64,000 nt of DNA from positions 1 through 64,000 of IMG/VR virus record IMGVR_UViG_3300036770_001413; one strand, given 5' to 3'. The translations under genes and the position numbers were made by a program. Below, one piece after another: positions 57,818 through 64,000 of this stretch. The first letter of the stretch is position 1; each line of letters starts with the position of its first letter. Below the pieces are notes generated by a model. It saw only the letters and a list, made by a program, of their open reading frames with translations. It ran no database searches and was not told the DNA's origin. This DNA is from a virus.

Positions 57818-59277
57818 GGTAGTGCCAACTTTCTTGCTGTTCCCGCTCCGCCGCCGCCATCTCTGTCTCCTTGTCCAGGAGCCTTACCACCATTTGCTGT
57901 AGGTGTTATTAATGAATTATCATATTTATAAAATATAGTTACAGAGCCTCCTCCACCAGATCCTCCTGGACACTGCATGTATTGATTATACTGATATCCC
58001 ATGTTGCTATGCCCGTTAGACTGAATGAGTCCTTGTCCTCTTAATTCCCCCAAAACAAATATACAGAGAGAACCTGCTGTTCCATCCCCTGCATCAAATG
58101 GGTAACTTCCTTGAGTGCCGCCTTGATTTGATGATCCTGCTGGATTTCCTACGCCACCACTTGACCCATATGTATATGAAGTCCCAGCATTTCCTCCTGC
58201 CCCACCATTTGCTACTGCATTTCCAGAAGTTCCACTTCCTGAATAAACCATTATTGAACCTCCGCCTCCTCCGCCAGTAAAAGATGTTCCTGCTGACCCA
58301 GACCCACCAATTACTGTAGATCCTGTTGCATCTCCAGCGCAAATAGCGCACCCTCCGCTTCCTCCGCCAGTACCACCATTTGTTCCAGCAGATCCAGGGA
58401 TTCCATTTGTTGTTCCAGTTGGTGGGCCAGATCTAGTTACTGTTCCTCCGCCTGCTCCACCAGAGGCAGGAATTTGTGGATTTGTTACACCAGTAAATGT
58501 TCCAGTATGTAATCTTATGTTGCCAGCGGCGGTGGCAGAATGATTAGCTCCCCTATCTGTCATCAATATTTGTCCATTATTAGTTAAATTACCAGTTACA
58601 TATATACAAGTAAATAATTTTCTATTTGATGGGATAAATCTTTCTAAACGATTTATTGTAAGGTCTCCATCAACAACAACTAAAGCAGATCTAGTATCCG
58701 CTGTATTGGTAAACCAATCTGAATTTGTAAATGTTGATATAGTTTGATTTCCTCTTTTTATTACATAGTCATATGATCCAAGAGATACTCCATTTAATGT
58801 TAATGTTCCGCCTGCAGTTGGAGTAGATGTAGTTACGCTATTTGCCAAAGTTGTCATAACAGTGTATAAATCTGTTGCGCTTTGGTTAGATGTAACACTT
58901 GAAACAGTTGTAGTTATACTGCTACTTGAAGAACTTGTTTTTTGACTAACGCTATTTGTTGCTGTAACTGTAAATGTATATGAAGTGTTGGCAGTTAATC
59001 CAGTCACTATAATTGGTTTAGTTTGATCTATAACTGTAGCAGTTATACTTCCTGGACTACTGGTAGCAGTAAATGATGTTGCTACTCCGCCAGTAGTTGG
59101 TGTATGAGAAAATGTCACATATGCTGTGCAGCCAACATTTGTTACAGAGCTAATTACTGGAGCAGTGTCTATGACGCCAGAAACTTTATCTTCTGGTATA
59201 GAAACTTTTGCTCCTCTTAAAACTCTAGATGTAGGATTATTTCTAGCTGATTCTTCGCTGGCATGCTTTATCGACAT
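57814..59277 (-). CDS. FN3 plus glycine-rich virion protein
   Basis: VTGLTANTSYTFTVTATN FN3; many GGGxGG tracts. Confidence 0.85.
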   Translation of the reverse strand: MSIKHASEESARNNPTSRVLRGAKVSIPEDKVSGVIDTAPVISSVTNVGCTAYVTFSHTPTTGGVATSFTATSSPGSITATVIDQTKPIIVTGLTANTSYTFTVTATNSVSQKTSSSSSSITTTVSSVTSNQSATDLYTVMTTLANSVTTSTPTAGGTLTLNGVSLGSYDYVIKRGNQTISTFTNSDWFTNTADTRSALVVVDGDLTINRLERFIPSNRKLFTCIYVTGNLTNNGQILMTDRGANHSATAAGNIRLHTGTFTGVTNPQIPASGGAGGGTVTRSGPPTGTTNGIPGSAGTNGGTGGGSGGCAICAGDATGSTVIGGSGSAGTSFTGGGGGGSIMVYSGSGTSGNAVANGGAGGNAGTSYTYGSSGGVGNPAGSSNQGGTQGSYPFDAGDGTAGSLCIFVLGELRGQGLIQSNGHSNMGYQYNQYMQCPGGSGGGGSVTIFYKYDNSLITPTANGGKAPGQGDRDGGGGAGTARKLALP

Positions 59278-59283
59278 TTTATT

Positions 59284-59580
59284 TTACTGCTCTAGCAAAA
59301 GCAGCTTTACCTCTTCTTCAGTAATTCCTAATTTTTCCATAAGCTGTGTTCTAGCATTATAATTTATTTTTTGTTTTGGCTCATGATTTTTACCATCTGG
59401 AGCATAAAAATTTACCTCTGGGCTGTGTGCAGCTACTGCTGCAACTGCCCAAGACTCTGCCTCTTCAAATGAATCAAATGAATCTCCATTTGGATAATGT
59501 GGTTGATATTGAAATGGAATATCTTGTCCATCTTCAAATATGCTTATTGCAAATGTATCTTGATCTATCTCGTATCTCAT
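59284..59580 (-). CDS. Small fibre chaperone-like protein
   Basis: QP.YPNG..F.S.EEA..WA; C-terminal EKLGITEEE.KLLL shared with 55134-55355. Confidence 0.75.
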   Translation of the reverse strand: MRYEIDQDTFAISIFEDGQDIPFQYQPHYPNGDSFDSFEEAESWAVAAVAAHSPEVNFYAPDGKNHEPKQKINYNARTQLMEKLGITEEEVKLLLLEQ

Positions 59581-59589
59581 TTTATCTCC

Positions 59590-60633
59590 TTAAGGTCTAC
59601 TTGCTGCACTTGAATATGTTCCATATACGCATGCTGACTGTCCGCTGCCTGCAGGAAAAACTGCAGCCAGTTTTCCTCCTCCAACAGCTATTGATACTCT
59701 ATCTTGAAAAGCATATCCATACGTGTTGTTTCTTGGAGAAGACTTTCTTCGCCAAGTTAAAAAATCATTTGTTGTAAATATACCTTGACCATTTCCATTA
59801 TATACATTAATTACTGTAAATGTAGTTCCGTCTGATGCATATGATGCATATGGGGCGCTGAAAAAAACTTCTCCACCTTCGCCACTTAGAGAGTATGGAT
59901 TGTAATTGTTTCTAAGAACTCTTGTCCATGTATTTCCATCGCTTGATTTTAATGCCCATCTATGATTATAATTATAAAATAAATAAAAATCGTTTCCTAT
60001 TACAAACGGACCCGTCAAATAGAATCCTTTTTTATCTACTCTATCTATATCAAATAATTCTGGAATATATTTTTTAGCACTCCATGTTGTGCCATTTGTA
60101 GATGTTGTAACCCATCCTCCGAGATTTTCTGCTGCCGCCATCCAAATAGTTCCATTATAAGCTACTCCAGAATATTGATATGATTCTGGCAGCGTTCCTT
60201 CTGTCCAAGTAACTCCACCATTAGAAGAATAAGCAGTATATTGACCTCCTATTGCTAAAAATGCTGGTTGTGTTCCACCAAAATATCCATAAAGTCTATA
60301 ATTATGGCTTCTAGGTAAAGTTCTTAAAGTCCAAGTAATTCCGTCTGTAGATGTTTGAGCATATCCAGCATCTGAGACAGCGCAGAATGTTCCACCTACT
60401 GCATACATTCCAGACCAGTTATAAGATCCAGCCGAAGTCCTTGCTGTCCATGTTGCACCATCTGTTGATGTTGCGGCAGCTGTTGTTCCAGTAACTAAAG
60501 CAGCAAATGTGCTTCCATTATATGCTACTGAATACCAACCTGCAGCTGAAGGCATTGTGCTTCTGCCATAAAAAGCAGATTGTGATCTTGTCTTAGCACC
60601 AACGCCTGGATATAAAAATGGTCTGAATGTCAA
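59590..60633 (-). CDS. Asp-box (BNR) repeat beta-propeller virion protein
   Basis: About seven S-x-D-G-x-T-W repeats; start likely TTG 60633 (SD AGGAG, TTGA overlap). Confidence 0.8.
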   Translation of the reverse strand: MTFRPFLYPGVGAKTRSQSAFYGRSTMPSAAGWYSVAYNGSTFAALVTGTTAAATSTDGATWTARTSAGSYNWSGMYAVGGTFCAVSDAGYAQTSTDGITWTLRTLPRSHNYRLYGYFGGTQPAFLAIGGQYTAYSSNGGVTWTEGTLPESYQYSGVAYNGTIWMAAAENLGGWVTTSTNGTTWSAKKYIPELFDIDRVDKKGFYLTGPFVIGNDFYLFYNYNHRWALKSSDGNTWTRVLRNNYNPYSLSGEGGEVFFSAPYASYASDGTTFTVINVYNGNGQGIFTTNDFLTWRRKSSPRNNTYGYAFQDRVSIAVGGGKLAAVFPAGSGQSACVYGTYSSAASRP

Positions 60634-61019
60634 TACACATCTCCTACTACTAACCAAGTATCTGTTGCAATTTTAAGACATGTTGCTGCTGAATACCTTC
60701 CTCTGAATACAGGGCTTGCAGTATTATTATTATTTGAACCATTACAATAAATTGTTGTAGTTCCTGAGTTTGATGCTTGAATAGTTGTTGCACCTGTTCC
60801 ATATTGAACTACATTTAAAGCAGTTCCTACTGCATATCCAACTGCTGCATTTGTTGGAATGTAAAATGTATTTGCACTAGAATTATTCATCAAAACAACA
60901 GAAGCTGCGTCGCTTGCGACAGGAGTATATGTTGTTCCAGTTTGAGTATTAATTGTTTGTGTAATTATAGGAGCAGTATAGATTGCTTGATTTTGAGCAT
61001 TTACGCTATTAATTCCCAT
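60630..61019 (-). CDS. Small fibre module protein
   Basis: TQTGTTYT...IPTNA.V...GT...YSAATC.K..TDTW.V.GD. Confidence 0.8.
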   Translation of the reverse strand: MGINSVNAQNQAIYTAPIITQTINTQTGTTYTPVASDAASVVLMNNSSANTFYIPTNAAVGYAVGTALNVVQYGTGATTIQASNSGTTTIYCNGSNNNNTASPVFRGRYSAATCLKIATDTWLVVGDVY

Positions 61020-61381
61020 TATGCAATCTCGCTTCCGTATAGTGAAAATGACATTGTTGTTGCGGAGGCATATACTGTAACTATATCCGTCGCACCGAGA
61101 GTCAAACCAATTGTCATAATTGTTGAATCATTTGCCGCTACTGTAGCATCATAAATAATATAATGTCTATTATCTATTGCTGCACCAGCTGGGCGAACAG
61201 CAATTCTATATGTTCCTGCAGTTGCTGCTTGATTACATATAACAATTGATGAAACAACTGTTTGAGTTGCTGCTGGCACTGTATACAAATTAGTATTTGT
61301 TGTAGCAGTTAGCGTTTGTGCACCATTTCCGTAGTTGCCTGCGGCTCCAGTCATTGCTAATACTTTATATGTTGTTGGCAC
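61019..61381 (-). CDS. Small beta-sandwich virion protein
   Basis: MPTTYKVL...LYTVPA...ICN...GLTLGATD...YGSEI; SD GGAGG. Confidence 0.8.
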   Translation of the reverse strand: MPTTYKVLAMTGAAGNYGNGAQTLTATTNTNLYTVPAATQTVVSSIVICNQAATAGTYRIAVRPAGAAIDNRHYIIYDATVAANDSTIMTIGLTLGATDIVTVYASATTMSFSLYGSEIA

Positions 61382-61406
61382 TTATTTCCTCCTTATTTTT
61401 ATTTAA

Positions 61407-61757
61407 TCATGTTCCCATTAACAAGAATGGGTGGAACGATTCACCAGTAATTGTTACTGATCCGCCTAAAGACACTGAGCTTCCGTTAATTGTAATGCTT
61501 GAGTTGGTTAAAGATGAGTTTCCAATATTGCTTAAAGTATTTGAGGATCCAGAAATTGTTTTATTAGTAAGAGTGTCAGCAGTTGATGCTGAAATCGTAG
61601 CATAAGATAATGATGTCCATGCAGTTGAACCAGTACCTATTTTAAATTTTCCAGTATCTGTTTCAAATCCGAATTCTCCAGCAGCTAATGTTGGATTAGT
61701 TGAAGTCCATTGAGACGCCGTTCCTCGTCGAACTTGTAATTGTGTGTTAACTGCCAT
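61407..61757 (-). CDS. Mtd N-terminal/hyaluronidase-N domain fibre module
   Basis: QVRRGTASQW...NPTLAAGEFGFETDTGKFKIG.G..AW..L.Y; C-terminal HPFLLMG. Confidence 0.85.
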   Translation of the reverse strand: MAVNTQLQVRRGTASQWTSTNPTLAAGEFGFETDTGKFKIGTGSTAWTSLSYATISASTADTLTNKTISGSSNTLSNIGNSSLTNSSITINGSSVSLGGSVTITGESFHPFLLMGT

Positions 61758-62170
61758 TAGGGTGTTCCTCCATCAAATGTGTATGTAAAGCTTGCTGTAT
61801 CATAATATCCTCCATCATATGGGGCGACGGAATCATAAGATCCCCCGTCCAAAACATCCAATGGGGACCCTATAATTGTAACATTAGTTCTATTATTTCC
61901 TGAATCGTCACCAATTAAGGCTCCAATTAAATTTAAAGTCTTTCTAGCTGTTTGGGTAACCCCGCTTTTTGCTAATTCTGAATAATTTGGAATAGCCCAA
62001 GATGTATTAGTTCCGTCTGTCTGTAAGAATTTTGATAGATGATCAGTTTGGGCGGGAAGTAAAGAATTTAAAGTATTAGTAGTAGAAGTTTGTCCTGTTC
62101 CGCCCATTGTTACAGGTAGGGGAGATTGAATGTCTATGCCATTTTTTACTTTAAAGTCTTTATTAGCCAT
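61757..62170 (-). CDS. Small fibre module with MANKDFKVKN anchor
   Basis: Shared N-terminus with 55342-56610; C-terminal DGG repeats. Confidence 0.8.
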   Translation of the reverse strand: MANKDFKVKNGIDIQSPLPVTMGGTGQTSTTNTLNSLLPAQTDHLSKFLQTDGTNTSWAIPNYSELAKSGVTQTARKTLNLIGALIGDDSGNNRTNVTIIGSPLDVLDGGSYDSVAPYDGGYYDTASFTYTFDGGTP

Positions 62171-62187
62171 TATTCTCCTCCTATTCT

Positions 62188-62195
62188 ATTATACC
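62188..62195 (-). promoter_or_regulatory. -10 element ggTATAAT
   Basis: Upstream of SD AGGAGGAG and MANKDFKVKN gene. Confidence 0.55.
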
Positions 62196-62717
62196 TTAAG
62201 TATTTTTTATTCCGTAAAGGGTTGCGGTTGAGTATTGGACCCAATTTTTAGATTCTTCAATATAAAGTGTTATTGAAGTAATTGCTGATGTATTTGACCA
62301 TAGCCCAGCAAGTAAAGTAGCATAAATGTTGCCGCTCGCATCATTTGATTCCTGCACAGCGTCTACGGAATAACTTTTATTATTACTACTTGTATAATTT
62401 GGGATGTAAATTTCGGTGCTTGCAAAAGTAGATGCTGTATTATTGGAGCCATTAGAAGTACCAATGCCTTGAGCAGGTGAACTTTGAGAGCCAGTATTTG
62501 CTCCACCGCCTGCACCATATAACTTTCTTACAGTATAATTTGATGTATTATTATTGAATTTAAGAAAACAGTCAGCGTTTGTTGCAACTCTATCGGTTCT
62601 GCTTGATAATTTAATAACCAAATCAGTATAAGTTCCAGGTATGCTAGTAAATTCTATTGTAGCCGCCCCACCGCTACCAACTGTTACTGTGGCTATTGCC
62701 TCATAAGTAGTTGCCAT
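62196..62717 (-). CDS. Virion beta-sandwich protein, third of paralogous triplet
   Basis: TYEAIAT.TVGSGG...F.SIP.TY.DL...W..TSAITSI...LYGIK. Confidence 0.85.
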   Translation of the reverse strand: MATTYEAIATVTVGSGGAATIEFTSIPGTYTDLVIKLSSRTDRVATNADCFLKFNNNTSNYTVRKLYGAGGGANTGSQSSPAQGIGTSNGSNNTASTFASTEIYIPNYTSSNNKSYSVDAVQESNDASGNIYATLLAGLWSNTSAITSITLYIEESKNWVQYSTATLYGIKNT

Positions 62718-62719
62718 AG

Positions 62720-63211
62720 TTATGCCGCCTTAATTCCGTAAAGAGTAAAAGTTGTTGTGTTTGTAAAGTTTGATGCGGCATTGTTAGTTAGGGTTACAGA
62801 AGTAATAGCAGAAGTAGAATTATTACGCCAAGTTCCGACAAATGCTCTTACGCGAGCCGAGGCATTATTGCCACGAGCAACCCAAGTTTTGTGAGTAGTT
62901 GTATTTGAATAATTAAATATATTAATAATAGTTGTTGTGTTACTTGTTCCTATTGTGCCTGATATTCCTTCTGATGTACTGCTATCTCTAAAACCTGTAA
63001 CGCTTGAACCGTTGCCGTCTAATCCTGTATAACTATAATTACCACTTGCATCAGAATTAAAGCGTATAATATAACTATTATCCGCATTTCCGTTTGAACC
63101 ATTTGCAATAATTACAAGGTCAGTGTAAATGCCGCTAATTGATGAAAATGTAATACTAGAAACGCTACCGCTTGCAGTTGTTGTTGCTATGGGTTCATAA
63201 GTAATTGCCAT
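62720..63211 (-). CDS. Virion beta-sandwich protein, second of paralogous triplet
   Basis: Same conserved blocks. Confidence 0.85.
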   Translation of the reverse strand: MAITYEPIATTTASGSVSSITFSSISGIYTDLVIIANGSNGNADNSYIIRFNSDASGNYSYTGLDGNGSSVTGFRDSSTSEGISGTIGTSNTTTIINIFNYSNTTTHKTWVARGNNASARVRAFVGTWRNNSTSAITSVTLTNNAASNFTNTTTFTLYGIKAA

Positions 63212-63214
63212 TGG

Positions 63215-64000
63215 CTATGCCGCCTTTATGCCGTAGAGGGCGAAGTGTGAGTATTGGGCAAAGTTGCCGCCATCATCAATGCCAATAGAGATAGAAGTAA
63301 TTGCTGAAGTAGACATCCATAATCCTGATTTGTAATAAATCTGTCCTGAACCATTAGCGTCAACACCGCCAAGTGAGCGTAAAGTTTTATATTTATTAGT
63401 ATTGGCGTAATCTAAAATATCAATAACGCCGCCACCAAAAATTCCGCTTGTAGCATTAGCCGCTGACATTCTGACTATACCGCTTATTTTATTATCTGAA
63501 GCACTACCAATAGCAAAAGCGCTAGCACCATCAGTCCTCAAAAGGTGATTAGAATAATTAGAACCTGAATCAGAATTGAATCTTGCAAAGATTTGCATTT
63601 CGCCTTGTGCGACTGTGCCTCTACCAATACAACGGATTTGTAAGTGACTATAAGTTCCTGGAATAGAACTAAAAGTAATAGTTGAACTACCACCACTACC
63701 AACAGTTGTAGTAGCAATGGATTCAAAGGCTCCAGGAGTTGCAGGAACAACACTATTACTTGCTGCAGAAGCTGCAGAATCTCCATTTGCATTAACTGCT
63801 TTTAAATAGAAAGAATATGATTGGTTATTTGTTAAACCAGATATAGTCAATGGAGAAGATGTCTGAGCTGGGCTAAATGCGCTATATGTGGAATTATCTG
63901 TTGAATATTTATAGTTGGTTATTGACGATCCGCCATTAGCCCCCGCCGTAAAAGTTAATGTTGCAGATTGATCTGCTCCTGTTGCAGTTCCAATTGTCGG
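63215..64000 (-). CDS. FN3 plus beta-sandwich virion protein, first of triplet (5'-truncated by window edge)
   Basis: Frame open to 64000: PTIGTAT...NGGSSITNYKYS...ISGLTN.QSY FN3, then FESIATTTVGSGG...LYGIK. Confidence 0.85.
   Translation of the reverse strand, partial: PTIGTATGADQSATLTFTAGANGGSSITNYKYSTDNSTYSAFSPAQTSSPLTISGLTNNQSYSFYLKAVNANGDSAASAASNSVVPATPGAFESIATTTVGSGGSSTITFSSIPGTYSHLQIRCIGRGTVAQGEMQIFARFNSDSGSNYSNHLLRTDGASAFAIGSASDNKISGIVRMSAANATSGIFGGGVIDILDYANTNKYKTLRSLGGVDANGSGQIYYKSGLWMSTSAITSISIGIDDGGNFAQYSHFALYGIKAA

Noticed and set aside
59590-61019. Overlap of 60630-61019 and 59590-60657 as a frameshifted single gene
   Set aside because: Explained by a TTG start at 60633 with SD AGGAG and TTGA coupling
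61407-61757. Mtd N-terminal domain suggesting a diversity-generating retroelement
   Set aside because: No reverse transcriptase, Avd or adenine-specific TR/VR pair seen in the window; the domain is a generic fibre anchor

Overview
The whole window is a densely coded, AT-rich segment of a large siphovirus-type phage genome, with essentially every real gene on the minus strand. In transcription order (right to left) there are four blocks. (i) About 64,000-43,785 is an unusually long array of small virion fibre/adhesin genes (FN3, Mtd-N, Asp-box propeller, glycine-rich, collagen-like, LamG). Most are followed by a small chaperone-like gene, and a GT4 glycosyltransferase and a sulfotransferase-like fusion sit among them. 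(ii) 43,721-18,475 is the core head and tail module: portal, HK97-type protease/scaffold, major capsid, neck, tail tube, -1 frameshifted tail chaperones, a 2355-aa tape measure, Dit, hub and an S74-chaperone fibre. (iii) 18,393-5,482 is replication/recombination: metallophosphoesterase, DnaB, DnaG, SSB, DnaE, MazG, RecA, Cas4-like nuclease and RuvC. (iv) 5,485-1 holds a sugar-modification trio, the terminase subunits and Hsp20. Gene content and many extended -10 promoters 6-8 nt upstream of start codons (leaderless mRNAs) point to an actinobacterial host, plausibly a low-GC freshwater lineage (inference). The best candidates for new biology are: a putative virion glyco/sulfo-decoration cassette (chaperone-fused sulfotransferase, P-loop kinase remnant, GT4 and a Thr-rich collagen fibre carrying a type-1 copper cupredoxin domain); a tape measure protein whose unknown cargo domains are delimited by repeated N-x-G-G-M-V-P-x-Y-N-x-G-G motifs; the modular fibre-plus-chaperone array; and a compact leader pseudoknot downstream of hsp20. 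All functional calls come from reading motifs by eye; no database searches were run.
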